From contig OY968796.1 in NCBI GenBank assembly GCA_963695545.1, forward strand, positions 1,088,001 to 1,152,000: a stretch of DNA of 64,000 nt. Direction: 5' to 3'. Under the pieces are notes generated by a model that was not told the DNA's origin, made no database searches, and was given only the letters and a program-made list of their open reading frames with translations. Below, in pieces: positions 19,783-30,015 of this stretch. Position 1 is the first letter of the stretch; the number at the start of each line of letters is the position of its first letter. The translations under genes were made by a program, and so were the position numbers. Source of the stretch: Terriglobia bacterium (GTDB taxonomy: Bacteria; Acidobacteriota; Terriglobia; Acidiferrales; UBA7541).

Positions 19783-20127
19783 TCAGTTGCCGCCGGTGCG
19801 GCCGACGGGGGCGCGCAAGGCGGCGCGATCTAGATTTTCGCGGAGATTGATGAGCGTGAGGAAGGTGTTGAGCGCGCGGGCCTTCAATTCGTCGGTGAGA
19901 TGCACGCCGCTGGTGGTGACGCGCGCGAGCAATTCGCCGTGTGTGGCGATAAAATTGATGATTTCCACCTGGCGTTCGCGCGCCGCGTTGCCCAGCACGG
20001 TTTCGCGGCGCATTTCGGCGCAGGAGCGTTCGATTTCAAGCGTGAAATGCAGAACGCAGAATTGCTCCTCTTTGAGCGCCGGCGGCACATCGCTTTTGCA
20101 TCCCGCCGCTTTGCAAGTGGAAGCCAT
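19783..20127 (-). CDS. Hypothetical protein with N-terminal Cys/His motif
   Basis: CKAAGC...FCVLHF followed by a helical region; fills the gap between convergent moeB and divergent yebC. Confidence 0.65.
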   Translation of the reverse strand: MASTCKAAGCKSDVPPALKEEQFCVLHFTLEIERSCAEMRRETVLGNAARERQVEIINFIATHGELLARVTTSGVHLTDELKARALNTFLTLINLRENLDRAALRAPVGRTGGN

Positions 20128-20394
20128 AGAATTGAGAGCGAACTCGAGTGTCTGCCCAGTAAGTGCCCGGCGAATTGCCAATCCGTTTCCGATGACGGAT
20201 CAGTTCCCGTAGGACGATTGTTAGCATCACGGCCGGGGAAAATCTACAAACTCGAATCCGCGTGGCGCGAAATGAACATCGGGCGGGAGGCGGGCGTGGC
20301 CAGAGCGCTTTTCGGCTCACGGCCGGGGCGGCGCGCATGCTACACTGACCCGGCAAAACCGATAATATAGACCGCAGGCGCAAGGAGTTCTTCG

Positions 20395-21150
20395 ATGTCC
20401 GGGCATTCAAAGTGGGCAACCATCAAGCATAAGAAGGCGGCCACCGACGCCAAGCGCGGCCGCATCTTCACCAAGCTGATCCGCGAAATCACCATTGCGG
20501 CGCGCGTCGGCGGGGGCGACGCGGACTCAAATCCGCGGCTGCGCACCGCCATACTGGCGGCCAAGAATGAAAACATGCCCAACGACAATATCGAGCGCGC
20601 GCTGCAGCGCGGCACGGGACAGCTCGAGGGCGAGCAATTCGAGGAAGTGAATTTCGAGGGATACGGTCCCGGCGGCGTGGGGATGATCGTGCAGGTGGTC
20701 ACCAGCAATCGCAACCGCATCGTCAGCGACCTGCGCCACATGATGAGCAAGCACGGCGGCAACATGGCGGAAACCGGAAGCGTGGGCTGGATGTTCCAGC
20801 GCAAGGGCGACATCACGGTGCCGAAGGATCAAGCGAACGAAGACAAAATGCTTGGGATCGTGCTCGACGCGGGGGCCGAGGATTTGCGCGACGACGGAAC
20901 GGAGTGGGAAGTGGTTTCGCCGCCGGAAAGTTTCGAGACCGTACGCGAGGCGTTGACCAAAGGCGGGATCACGCCGTCAGGCGCAGAGATCGCCTGGGTG
21001 CCGCAGAACTACGTGAAGCTGACCGGCACACAAGCGGGACAGATGCTGCGCCTGGTGGAAGCGCTTGAAGAGCACGACGACGTGCAGCATGTCTTCGCCA
21101 ACTTCGATATCGACGAAAAAGAGATGCAGGCCGTGATGGCGGAGAACTGA
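20395..21150 (+). CDS. yebC: YebC/PmpR family protein
   Basis: MSGHSKWATIKHKK, EGYGPGG and DDVQHVFANFDI; AAGGAG SD. Confidence 0.97.
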   Translation: MSGHSKWATIKHKKAATDAKRGRIFTKLIREITIAARVGGGDADSNPRLRTAILAAKNENMPNDNIERALQRGTGQLEGEQFEEVNFEGYGPGGVGMIVQVVTSNRNRIVSDLRHMMSKHGGNMAETGSVGWMFQRKGDITVPKDQANEDKMLGIVLDAGAEDLRDDGTEWEVVSPPESFETVREALTKGGITPSGAEIAWVPQNYVKLTGTQAGQMLRLVEALEEHDDVQHVFANFDIDEKEMQAVMAEN

Positions 21151-21234
21151 GCGTTTCAGTTCGCGTCACCGCGGCGGCAACTCGCGATTAAAAATTCCTA
21201 CCCCTCGTGTTTCTCCGGGCCGTACACTCTTGCC

Positions 21235-21960
21235 GTGAATACGCATATCGACGTCGTGCGCTCCGAGGACGTGACTCTGCTGCGCGTTCTGGGATTGGAC
21301 CCCGCGCTTGCGGGCGCGACGGGTTACGGCGTGGTTGAAAGCGACGGCCGGCACTGCCGCATGGTGCGGCTGGGCGCGCTGCGGCCGGCGCGCGTTTCGA
21401 TGTCGCAGCGCAAGCGTGACGGCGCGGGCCTGGCGGCCACGACGATCGCGCACGAACATCTTTGCCGGATTCATCAGCTGGTTTCGGAATTGATCGAAGA
21501 GTTTGCGCCGCATAGCGTGGCGGTGGAATCCGTTTTCACGGCGCTCAATCGGCAAACGGCACTGCGTTTGGCGGAAGTGCGCGGCGTGGTGCTGCTGGCC
21601 GCGGCGCAAAAGGGCGTGCCGGTGCGAAGCTATTCGCCGCGCGAGATCAAGGCGCACGTTTCGGGCTACGGCAACGCCGGAAAAGAGCAGATGCAGCAGA
21701 TGGTGCGCGCTCTGCTGGGACTGGCCGAAACGCCGGAGCCTGCGGACGCGGCCGACGCGTTGGCCGTGGCGCTGTGCCACATCCAGGCGGCACAAGCCGA
21801 ATCGCGGATGGCCGCGGGCTTGGCGCGCGGCGGCAAGCTCGCGGGCCGCAATGCGCGCACAACGCCACGGGCGTCATCGGCGCCAGCATCGCGCGCGCCG
21901 CGTCAGGCGAGCCCTCGACAAATAACTCGGCTAGGCCCCACAATCCCAGTTTCGCGATGA
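21235..21960 (+). CDS. ruvC: Holliday junction resolvase RuvC with basic C-terminal tail
   Basis: VLGLDP, VAVESVF, GYGNAGKEQMQQMV and DAADALAVALCH; follows yebC. Confidence 0.92.
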   Translation: MNTHIDVVRSEDVTLLRVLGLDPALAGATGYGVVESDGRHCRMVRLGALRPARVSMSQRKRDGAGLAATTIAHEHLCRIHQLVSELIEEFAPHSVAVESVFTALNRQTALRLAEVRGVVLLAAAQKGVPVRSYSPREIKAHVSGYGNAGKEQMQQMVRALLGLAETPEPADAADALAVALCHIQAAQAESRMAAGLARGGKLAGRNARTTPRASSAPASRAPRQASPRQITRLGPTIPVSR

Positions 21961-22688
21961 CTCTCAGCCGGCCTCTGCGTCTCGCTCGGATCTGTATTTC
22001 GCTCGGGGTGCTGTGCCTCGCGTGGGCCGCGCCGGGCCGCGCCGGCGACGCCACCGTCATTTACAAGAAAATATTCCCGGGCAGTTCGCCGGAGTTCGTG
22101 GAAATTCATGTCGGTCAGGTTCAGGGCGCTAGTTGGGACGTCCGGCAGCTCAGCGATCCAGCCGACCCCGAACCGCTCGAGATTCGGCCCGCGCTGCGCG
22201 CCAGAATCTTCGAGTTGGCCGCGGCGCTGAATAATTTCGCGGGGCTGCAATTGGATGTACATCGGCGGCTCGCCAATCTCGGACAAAAAACATTTCGCTA
22301 CGAGGACGGCGGGGTGGTGCACGAGACGACGTTCAACTACACGACGGACCAGAACGCCAATCAATTGCTGGACATTTTCGAGGGGCTGAGCCGGCAGCAG
22401 CAGGATTTGCAAGCCATCAAGCACAGCATGAAATACGACCGGCTAGGCGTGAACGACGCACTGCTCCAATTTGAAAGCGACCTGGATCGCGAGTCGTTGC
22501 CGGAGCCCGATTGCCTGCTGCCGGCGCTCGACCAATTGGCGGCGGATTCTCGGTTTCTGAATATGGCGCGGGAGCGGGCGCGCTCGCTGGCGCAACGCAT
22601 CCGCGCGGCCGAAAATCTTCCGCTGAGCCCGCCCAGTTCACAGAACCAGCAAGCTCCCCAAAACCCAGCGAACGCCCAGAATCCTTGA
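21957..22688 (+). CDS. Secreted hypothetical protein
   Basis: ATGA overlap with ruvC; signal peptide; globular-looking 243 aa. Confidence 0.75.
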   Translation: MTLSRPLRLARICISLGVLCLAWAAPGRAGDATVIYKKIFPGSSPEFVEIHVGQVQGASWDVRQLSDPADPEPLEIRPALRARIFELAAALNNFAGLQLDVHRRLANLGQKTFRYEDGGVVHETTFNYTTDQNANQLLDIFEGLSRQQQDLQAIKHSMKYDRLGVNDALLQFESDLDRESLPEPDCLLPALDQLAADSRFLNMARERARSLAQRIRAAENLPLSPPSSQNQQAPQNPANAQNP

Positions 22689-22863
22689 AAATGGCCGTGC
22701 TTGTTTCTGGAACCTCCCAGGCTTGACACCGAGCGCGGGCAGGACCAGGATGTGGGAACGGTGAGAGCGCCCGACGCTGCGGTGCGCCGGTCCGGCGGGA
22801 AGAAGCCGGCACTTTCGAGATCCGAGCTCCCCGAAGAAGTGGTCCTTTCGCAGGGGGTGTGCT

Positions 22864-24402
22864 GTGCGCAAGCGATCGATTCCCACAATATTGCTGCTGC
22901 TCGCAGGGATGAGTTGTGCGCTTTCCGCGCGCGCTGGGTCCATTACCAACAATCAGACGAGCTACGCACGCGTGGTTCGGCTGAGCTTGGTTGACGGCGC
23001 TGTGAGCATCGCGCATGCGGGCGAGTCCTACTGGCAACCGGCGCTGGCCAACATGCCGATTCAGGAAGGCGATACGCTCGCGAGCGCGAGCGGATTCGCG
23101 GAAGTCGAATTTGAAAATGGATGTGTGGCTTACCTGGCCTCGAATTCCACGCTGCAATTCACGAAGCTGTCGCTTGAAAACGGCGGCCGCATGAGCGAAA
23201 TGACGGTCACGCAAGGAGCGGCGAGCTTCTATGCCAATCCGGCCAGCCAGGATTCCTTTGAGGCGTCCACGCCGGATCTGAGCGTGGCGGTCCCCAACAA
23301 GGGGCAGTTCCGCGTGGATGTCACGACCGGCGGCAGCTCGGTGAGCGTGTATTCGGGCGCGGTTTCGGTGAGTTCGAGCGCGGGGACGAATTCGCTGGCG
23401 AAAGGCCAGACGCTCACATTTCGCGCGGAAGGCAGCCAGGAAGTGAGCGTCGCGAGAAATTCTGAAGCGGACGCTTTCGATCGTTGGGTCAGCGGCCAGA
23501 CACAGTCGATTCTCGCTGCGACGAACGATTCGCGCGGTTACCTGAATTCGCCTTACTCGTACGGGCTCGCCGATCTCGATGGCTATGGCTCGTGGCTTGA
23601 CTGCCCGGGTGTGGGCACGTGCTGGCAACCGGGGGGAATGGCCGCGGGTTGGATTCCGTATGCCGACGGATTCTGGTCACCGTTCGACGGATTGGGCATG
23701 ACGTGGATCAGCTATGAACCGTGGGGATGGATGCCCTATCATTTCGGAACTTGGGAAATGTCGCCGATGTACGGTTGGGTGTGGGCGCCCGGCATGATGA
23801 CCGAATGGCAGCCGGCGATGGTGGCTTGGGTGCAATCCGGAGGACAAGTGGGATGGGTTCCGCTTGCGCCGAACGACGCAACAGGCAGGCCGCTCGCAAA
23901 TCTGCAGCGCGCGTTTGTGGTGAGCCCTGCGGCGACGGCCGTGGGCGCGGCCGCGGTGAATCACGCGACCCCAGTTGCCGACGCGCACGCGACGATCGTC
24001 ATCGCGCATCCGCCCACAGGTTTCGTGAGCGGAACGTCGCCATCTTTCGCGCGGACCTCCACTCCGGGCGCGGGCTTTGCGGGGCGCGGGCCGCAGCCGG
24101 TGGTGTTTGATCGGGCCACGCACGCGTTCGTAAACGCACCTGCTTCGGGGGCGTTCCGCGCGCCACAAAATTCCGATGTCGCCAGGAACACGTTCCGCTC
24201 GGCTCCCGCTCCGATGGCCATGCCCAGCCGCTCGTTCGGCGGGCAGGGCGGAGGGGGGCAAGATCAATTCGGCGGCGCCGCGGCTCGCGGTGGCCAAGGA
24301 AACTCAGCGTCGATGAACTCGACACCGCGAGCTTCTGGACCGGTCGCGCCCGCGACAGCGCCAGCGGCAACCGCGCCGGCGCAAGCCGCGGGGCGCCATT
24401 AG
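22864..24402 (+). CDS. FecR + DUF6600-type secreted protein
   Basis: ARVVRLSLVDG...NMPIQEGD FecR-like start; Trp-rich WISYEPWGWMPYHFGTW...GWVWAPG; low-complexity tail. Confidence 0.85.
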   Translation: MRKRSIPTILLLLAGMSCALSARAGSITNNQTSYARVVRLSLVDGAVSIAHAGESYWQPALANMPIQEGDTLASASGFAEVEFENGCVAYLASNSTLQFTKLSLENGGRMSEMTVTQGAASFYANPASQDSFEASTPDLSVAVPNKGQFRVDVTTGGSSVSVYSGAVSVSSSAGTNSLAKGQTLTFRAEGSQEVSVARNSEADAFDRWVSGQTQSILAATNDSRGYLNSPYSYGLADLDGYGSWLDCPGVGTCWQPGGMAAGWIPYADGFWSPFDGLGMTWISYEPWGWMPYHFGTWEMSPMYGWVWAPGMMTEWQPAMVAWVQSGGQVGWVPLAPNDATGRPLANLQRAFVVSPAATAVGAAAVNHATPVADAHATIVIAHPPTGFVSGTSPSFARTSTPGAGFAGRGPQPVVFDRATHAFVNAPASGAFRAPQNSDVARNTFRSAPAPMAMPSRSFGGQGGGGQDQFGGAAARGGQGNSASMNSTPRASGPVAPATAPAATAPAQAAGRH

Positions 24403-24436
24403 AAATTAGAAATCGCGGCGTTGGGCGCGTTTCGCG

Positions 24437-25297
24437 TCAGCGAATGACGACGCCGGCATAGCCCACAACTTCTTCGCGCTCGCCGTTGACGTCACCGGAA
24501 GTCGCGTAGCGAATCAAGTCCGATTCGGTCGCGCCCAAATCGCGCGCCGCGATCAGCACGCTCACCGCAGGGCCAACGCCACACATCGAGATCTGTTCGC
24601 GCCGCACAACGTCGAATAGCCCCTGCGGATCGAGCGCGAGAATGCGGTCGAGCGCTTTGCGATCTTTTGCGCGCGTGACGGCGTCGGACTCGTGGTGATT
24701 CATGTCGGAGCTGACGACAATCAGCACCGGCTCGGCGGCGTGCACAACCGCTTTGGCGATGGCGCTCCCGAGCAATTCAAGTTCATCGTAGCGAACGTTT
24801 CCGAGCGCGATGGGAACGAAACGAAAATCGCGCGCGCGGCGCTGCAGAAATGGCAACTGCACTTCGAGCGCGTGCTCGCTTTGGTGGGCCACGGCGTCCT
24901 CGCGCAGCACCGGACTCGCGGCCCGCAACTCGGCCGCGAGCGGCGCGTCGATCTGCGCGTCGCCAAGCGGCGTGCGCCACGCGCCCTCGGACAAAATGGC
25001 CATTTGCGCGCCGCGCGGATAATGGCGCGGGCCGACTAGAATAAAACGTGCGGGCAAATCGAGCTGCGCGTAAACGGCTCCTGCGACGTGCCCGGAATAA
25101 ATGTATCCGGCATGAGGAACAAGGCAAGCGATGGCCGGACGCGGTGCAACTTCAGCGGGTGCGCGAACCGCGCGAAGACCGTTGTTTTGAAATTCGGCGA
25201 GGGGCGCGGTTTTCTGAAGCAGCGAATCCACTTGCTGTTCGAGCAGAGCGCGCTCGGCGGGATAAAATCTGCCGGCGACGGCGGCGGGACGAATCAG
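24437..25297 (-). CDS. amrB: AmmeMemoRadiSam protein B (MEMO1 family); probable CTG start
   Basis: IRPAAVAGRFYP lies in frame upstream of the tracked GTG at 25231; PHAGYIYSG, EHALEVQLPFLQ, SSDMNH and VVGYAG motifs. Confidence 0.9.
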   Translation of the reverse strand: MIRPAAVAGRFYPAERALLEQQVDSLLQKTAPLAEFQNNGLRAVRAPAEVAPRPAIACLVPHAGYIYSGHVAGAVYAQLDLPARFILVGPRHYPRGAQMAILSEGAWRTPLGDAQIDAPLAAELRAASPVLREDAVAHQSEHALEVQLPFLQRRARDFRFVPIALGNVRYDELELLGSAIAKAVVHAAEPVLIVVSSDMNHHESDAVTRAKDRKALDRILALDPQGLFDVVRREQISMCGVGPAVSVLIAARDLGATESDLIRYATSGDVNGEREEVVGYAGVVIR

Positions 25298-25314
25298 GGG
25301 AAAGCCTCGCTGAC

Positions 25315-25701
25315 TTAGGCGGGCTTCGAGGGCCTGCCGCGAACGTCCAGCGCTATTTTTGAGCCGGCGAGCGTGGTGACCACGACTTTATCGCCGTTCT
25401 GATAGCCGCCGGCATCCAGAATTCTTTGCATCTTCGGCTTCAGCTGTGGCGAAAAAGTGAACGTGCGGAGTTCGTTCGGGTGATTGGGATCCAAACTGCG
25501 CACGGTAATGAAGTCCGGAGACTGATTGACGACTCCGCCGTGAAACTTCACACGTTTCGGGTGCGGCGCCGGAAGCGTGGCGACTTGCGTGGTCTGCGCG
25601 GCCGGCGAACGAACCGCTGCGGCGCGGGCGGCGGATGCGCAAAAGGCAACCGAAGCAAGGCCGGCAACCAGCAGCGGCGCGATGAGTTTAGAGCGATTCA
25701 T
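25315..25701 (-). CDS. Secreted hypothetical protein
   Basis: Signal peptide; beta-rich 128 aa; overlaps the upstream gene. Confidence 0.7.
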   Translation of the reverse strand: MNRSKLIAPLLVAGLASVAFCASAARAAAVRSPAAQTTQVATLPAPHPKRVKFHGGVVNQSPDFITVRSLDPNHPNELRTFTFSPQLKPKMQRILDAGGYQNGDKVVVTTLAGSKIALDVRGRPSKPA

Positions 25702-26038
25702 CCAGTGAAATCTTGAGCGATTTCAGAAAGCGGAGATCCTGTGGCGTCATCTCGAATTTCGACGCCTGGCCTTCTTCCTCGAAAACTTCTTGATCCACCT
25801 GAATGTGCAGCGCCTCGAGGAAGGTGCGGTCGTTCGAGGTGATGCGCTCGGGCTGGCCGGCTTCCGAAGGCGGGCGGCGGGCAAGGCCGATTGTCGCGTC
25901 AAGCTTGAGCACGATGTCATAACCGGCGGCGCGCACACCGGCGATCGCCGCGACGATGCGCTCGGATTCCGAGACCGTGTCGTTGATGGCGTGGCCCAGC
26001 TCACGCAACAGCTGCTTCAAGTGATCGTCGAGTTGCAC
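25688..26038 (-). CDS. Hypothetical protein with duplicated D..FL..L.I motif
   Basis: GTG after GGAGG; MQLDDHLKQLLRELGHAIN...; ITSNDRTFLEALHI and MTPQDLRFLKSLKI. Confidence 0.75.
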   Translation of the reverse strand: MQLDDHLKQLLRELGHAINDTVSESERIVAAIAGVRAAGYDIVLKLDATIGLARRPPSEAGQPERITSNDRTFLEALHIQVDQEVFEEEGQASKFEMTPQDLRFLKSLKISLDESL

Positions 26039-26229
26039 GGAGTGCCCTCCTCCAAGTTCGACCCTATTTGCATTGTAGGATGGGGGTGCACGGCAAACAA
26101 GCCCCCAGAGCGGCCTGCGCGTGCCCAATCCGTCCCCTCCCTGCCCCTTTTGATGAAAATGACGAGAACAACGAGACGCGGCGCGCGCAATTTCTTCGCA
26201 TCCACGCAGCTCTGTACTAAAATCCGCAT

Positions 26230-26478
26230 GTGAGTCTTGGGGCGATTTACGCGGCGGTGCGAGGTTTCTTGAAGGCGCTGTGGCGCGCCACGCGGCAAGT
26301 GTTCCATGAAACCACCGGAACGCTGTTTCTGCTGCTCGCGCTGTCGGGCGCGGTTTCGGTGCTGCGCAATTGGCAGCACGGTCCGCCGCTGTGGCCGACG
26401 TGGCTGGCCCTGGCCTACACGCTGATGATGGCGGGATTCGGCGTCTCATCATTTCGCATGGCGCGGCGCGTGCGCTAA
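26230..26478 (+). CDS. Small two-helix membrane protein
   Basis: 82 aa with two hydrophobic segments; TAAAAT 6 nt before the GTG. Confidence 0.7.
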   Translation: MSLGAIYAAVRGFLKALWRATRQVFHETTGTLFLLLALSGAVSVLRNWQHGPPLWPTWLALAYTLMMAGFGVSSFRMARRVR

Positions 26479-26517
26479 GGCGGGCGTTGCGCTGCGCTCT
26501 CGAATTCCACGAATGCG

Positions 26518-28152
26518 ATGAAACAGACCTCCGACAAATCCGCTGCTTCCGATCCGCGCAAACCGAGACTCACTACGCTCGGCGGAATCCCGCTCGCGCC
26601 ATGCTACGGACCGGAAGATGGCGCGAACGAAAACGACGAAGAGTCGATCGGCTATCCCGGCGAATTTCCGTTCACGCGCGGAATCTACCCGACGATGTAT
26701 CGCGGGCGCCTGTGGACCATGCGCCAGTACGCCGGGTTCGGCGCCGCCGCGGAATCGAATCGCCGCTATCGCTATCTGCTCGAACAGGGACAGACGGGGC
26801 TTTCGGTGGCTTTCGATCTGCCGACGCAGATCGGACTCGATTCCGATCATCCGCGCGCACTCGGGGAAGTCGGACGCGTCGGCGTGGCCATCGATTCGCT
26901 CGAAGACATGTTGACGCTATTCGATCAAATTCCACTCGAGCGCGTTTCCACTTCGATGACCATCAACGCCACGGCAGCGATTCTTCTGGCGCTATACGTC
27001 GCGGTTGCGAAACGGCAGGGCGCGGATTTAACGAAACTCTCCGGCACCGTGCAGAACGACATTCTGAAGGAATACATCGCGCGCGGCACATACATATATC
27101 CCGTGCGCCCCGCGATGCGCATTGTGACGGATTTATTCGCATGGTGCCGCACTGAACTGCCCGCGTGGAACACAATTTCAATTTCCGGTTATCACATTCG
27201 CGAGGCCGGATCGACCGCCGCGCAGGAAGTGGCCTTCACGCTGGCCGATGGAATCGCTTATGTGGAGGCGGCCATTGCCGCCGGCAGCGCCGTGGATGAA
27301 TTCGGGCCGCGGCTTTCTTTCTTCTTCAACGCGCACAATGATCTGCTGGAAGAAATCGCGAAGTTTCGCGCCGCGCGGCGTTTGTGGGCGCGTATCATGC
27401 GCGAACGATTCGGCGCGCGCGATCCCCGATCAATGATGCTGCGCTTCCACGCGCAAACTGCCGGCAGCTCGCTCACTGCGCAGCAACCGGAAAACAATTT
27501 GGTGCGCGTGGCGATTCAGGCGCTCGCGGCCGTGCTAGGCGGCTGCCAATCGCTGCACACAAATGCGCTCGATGAAGCCCTCGCGCTGCCGAGCGAGAAC
27601 GCGGCCCTGCTGGCGCTGCGCACGCAACAGATCCTGGCGCACGAGACCGGCGTGGCGCAGACTGTCGATCCGGTCGGCGGCTCCTACGCGATCGAGCATC
27701 TGACCGACGAGATCGAAACGCGCGCCCGCGCGGCGATCGAAAGAATCGACGCGCTGGGAGGCATGCTGCGCGCCATCGAGACCGGCTACGTGCAGCGCGA
27801 AATCCAAAAATCGGCGTATGAATATCAACAGGCCGTCGAGCGGCGCGATGAAATTGTGGTCGGCGTGAACCAGTACGCCGCGAGCGAACAAGGTGAGCAA
27901 CCCCGCGTGCCGCTGCTGCGCATCGATGAAACTACCGAGCGCGATCAGATCGAACGGCTTCGCGCCCTTCGCGCGCGCCGCGATTCGGCCCGCGCCGCGT
28001 TGGCCGTCGCAGAAGTCGGGCGGCGCGCGCGCACAGCGGAGAATCTTTTGCCGGCGATTCAAACGGCGGTCGAGGCGTTCGCTACCGTCGGAGAAGTCTC
28101 CGACGCGATGCGACAGGTTTTCGGCGAGTATCAGGAAACTGTGAGTCTCTAA
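26518..28152 (+). CDS. Methylmalonyl-CoA mutase family, substrate-binding subunit (no B12-binding domain)
   Basis: [47 protein letters not shown] and [12 protein letters not shown]. Confidence 0.95.
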   Translation: MKQTSDKSAASDPRKPRLTTLGGIPLAPCYGPEDGANENDEESIGYPGEFPFTRGIYPTMYRGRLWTMRQYAGFGAAAESNRRYRYLLEQGQTGLSVAFDLPTQIGLDSDHPRALGEVGRVGVAIDSLEDMLTLFDQIPLERVSTSMTINATAAILLALYVAVAKRQGADLTKLSGTVQNDILKEYIARGTYIYPVRPAMRIVTDLFAWCRTELPAWNTISISGYHIREAGSTAAQEVAFTLADGIAYVEAAIAAGSAVDEFGPRLSFFFNAHNDLLEEIAKFRAARRLWARIMRERFGARDPRSMMLRFHAQTAGSSLTAQQPENNLVRVAIQALAAVLGGCQSLHTNALDEALALPSENAALLALRTQQILAHETGVAQTVDPVGGSYAIEHLTDEIETRARAAIERIDALGGMLRAIETGYVQREIQKSAYEYQQAVERRDEIVVGVNQYAASEQGEQPRVPLLRIDETTERDQIERLRALRARRDSARAALAVAEVGRRARTAENLLPAIQTAVEAFATVGEVSDAMRQVFGEYQETVSL

Positions 28153-28160
28153 TCTCCATC

Positions 28161-28781
28161 ATGGAAGGCAAACCTTCGCTCATTCTGGCTTCGGCTTCGC
28201 CGCGGCGCGCGCAAATCCTGCGCGATGCGGGCATCCCATTTGAAGTCGTTGCGCGGCATGTCGACGAAACTGTCGTGCCTGGAGAATCCGCCGAGGCGAT
28301 GGTGCTTCGCTTGGCTGAGGCTAAGGCCCGCGCTGCGGCAGGATCGCTGCCGGCCAACGAGCGCGGGATTTTCGTGCTGGGAGCGGACACGACGGTCGTC
28401 GCCGACGACGGCGCGACGATTCTGGGCAAACCCAGTTCGCCGGCGGACGCGGCGCGCATGCTGCGTTTACTGAGCGGCCGCACGCATCGCGTGCTCACCG
28501 GCATCGCCGCGATCCGGCTGCCCGGCGGTGAATTTCGCAGCGCGGTGGAATCCACTCTCGTCACATTCGCGGAATTTGGTGCCGACGAAATTGCGCGCGC
28601 CATCGCGAGCGGAGAGCCATTCGACAAAGCCGGCGCATACGCGATTCAGGGCCGCGCGGGCCGTTTCGTCGAGCGCGTGGATGGATGCTATTTCAATGTC
28701 GTGGGACTGCCTCTCCATCTCGCGTGCAAGCTGCTCGGCGAGTTGGGCTGGTCCGCCGAGCCAGCTTCGTCTTCGGGGTAA
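28161..28781 (+). CDS. maf: Maf family nucleotide pyrophosphatase
   Basis: LILASASPRRAQIL, GADTTVV, DKAGAYAIQG and NVVGLP. Confidence 0.95.
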   Translation: MEGKPSLILASASPRRAQILRDAGIPFEVVARHVDETVVPGESAEAMVLRLAEAKARAAAGSLPANERGIFVLGADTTVVADDGATILGKPSSPADAARMLRLLSGRTHRVLTGIAAIRLPGGEFRSAVESTLVTFAEFGADEIARAIASGEPFDKAGAYAIQGRAGRFVERVDGCYFNVVGLPLHLACKLLGELGWSAEPASSSG

Positions 28782-28802
28782 AAACGCTCGCGTGAGGCGT
28801 CG

Positions 28803-28837
28803 AAAAAAAATCGAGCGGCCCGCAAAGGCCGCTCGAT
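28803..28837 (-). terminator. Intrinsic terminator after tatA
   Basis: ATCGAGCGGCC-N6-GGCCGCTCGAT stem followed by a T run on the minus strand. Confidence 0.85.
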
Positions 28838-28878
28838 GGAAATTCGCAAAATCTCAGTATTCGATGCTGTGCCGCGGG

Positions 28879-29085
28879 CTACTTCCTCTCTTCGGTCGCA
28901 GACGGCGGCGGCGCGGTGGTCGTGCTCGAAGGCGGGGCCGTCGGCGGCGGATCGCCGCGCATCCCTTCCTTAAAGCTGCGGACTCCCTCGCCCATCCCCT
29001 TCATGACCTCGGGGATCTTTTTCCCGCCAAACAAGATTATCACGACTGCCGCGATGATCAGCAAATGCCATGGAGAGAATTCCAT
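28879..29085 (-). CDS. tatA: Twin-arginine translocase TatA
   Basis: FSPWHLLIIAAVVIILFGGKKIPEVMKGMGEGVRSFKEGM; AAGGAG SD. Confidence 0.95.
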   Translation of the reverse strand: MEFSPWHLLIIAAVVIILFGGKKIPEVMKGMGEGVRSFKEGMRGDPPPTAPPSSTTTAPPPSATEERK

Positions 29086-29262
29086 ACAGATAACTCCTTC
29101 GCGCCCTGCCCGCGGCAAGCGCGCACTTCCGGACGGAACAACTTGGCCGCAATCGGCAAGCTGCAGTATAACACGTTCGGATCGTGGCGGCGGCGATCCT
29201 CGCTGCAATCGCCCTCTAAGTTACCCAATTGCCGAGCTGGCTCCGCTACGGAGGCCGAGCGT

Positions 29263-30015
29263 TCAGGAAGGCAACGCCGCAGCCATTTCTTCGACGATCG
29301 CATTGGCCGCCGCGACTGGATCCGCCGCAGCTGTGATGGGCCGGCCGATGACGAGGTAGTCTGCTCCCGCGCGAATCGTGGCGCCTGGCGTCGCGGTGCG
29401 CGACTGGTCGTCCTTCTTCGCTCCACCGAGCGCCAGCCCAACGGCCGGGCGTATACCCGGCACCACGATCAGGAATTCCGGTCCGCAGGCCCGGCGAATC
29501 GCCTTTACTTCGTGTGGCGAGGCCACCACGCCGTCGAGGCCCGCCTGGCGCGCCAACACGGCCAGGCGCCGAACTTCTCGTTCGACTGGGCCTGAGATCC
29601 CCACCCGGCGCAGGCCGGCGGCGGAGTGGCTGGTTAGAATTGTTACAGCAATCACGCCAGGCCGGCTCGAGCCGCCCCCGCCCGAGCGGCCGGCCTCGGC
29701 GGCCGCGGCCATTGCTTCGGTGCCGGCCAGGGCGTGCATGTTCACCAGCCGCACGCCGGGCGATGCCACGGCTGATCGTATCGCACCCGCGACTACGCTG
29801 GGAATATCATGGAATTTGAGATCCAGGAAGACTCCTGGGCCAAGGCCGGCGAGTTTCTCGACCGCAAACGGGCCGACGGCTGTAAATAAGTGTGTATTTA
29901 TCTTAAACATACCAACGTGCGGGGCTAACAACTTGGCGAGAGGGAATGCGGATTCGAGATTATCAAAATCGAGGGCGAGGATCAGGCGCTTACGGGCAGC
30001 GTCTATTCGTGACGT
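29263..30015 (-). CDS. pyrF: Orotidine-5'-phosphate decarboxylase; probable non-canonical start
   Basis: RLILALD (upstream of the tracked TTG), FLDLKFHDIP, VTILTS, VPGIRP and ADYLVIGRPIT. Confidence 0.93.
   Translation of the reverse strand, partial: TSRIDAARKRLILALDFDNLESAFPLAKLLAPHVGMFKINTHLFTAVGPFAVEKLAGLGPGVFLDLKFHDIPSVVAGAIRSAVASPGVRLVNMHALAGTEAMAAAAEAGRSGGGGSSRPGVIAVTILTSHSAAGLRRVGISGPVEREVRRLAVLARQAGLDGVVASPHEVKAIRRACGPEFLIVVPGIRPAVGLALGGAKKDDQSRTATPGATIRAGADYLVIGRPITAAADPVAAANAIVEEMAAALPS

Noticed and set aside
21265..21282. CTG start for ruvC after GAGG
   Set aside because: An in-frame GTG at 21235, 6 nt after TACACT, gives a canonical alternative.
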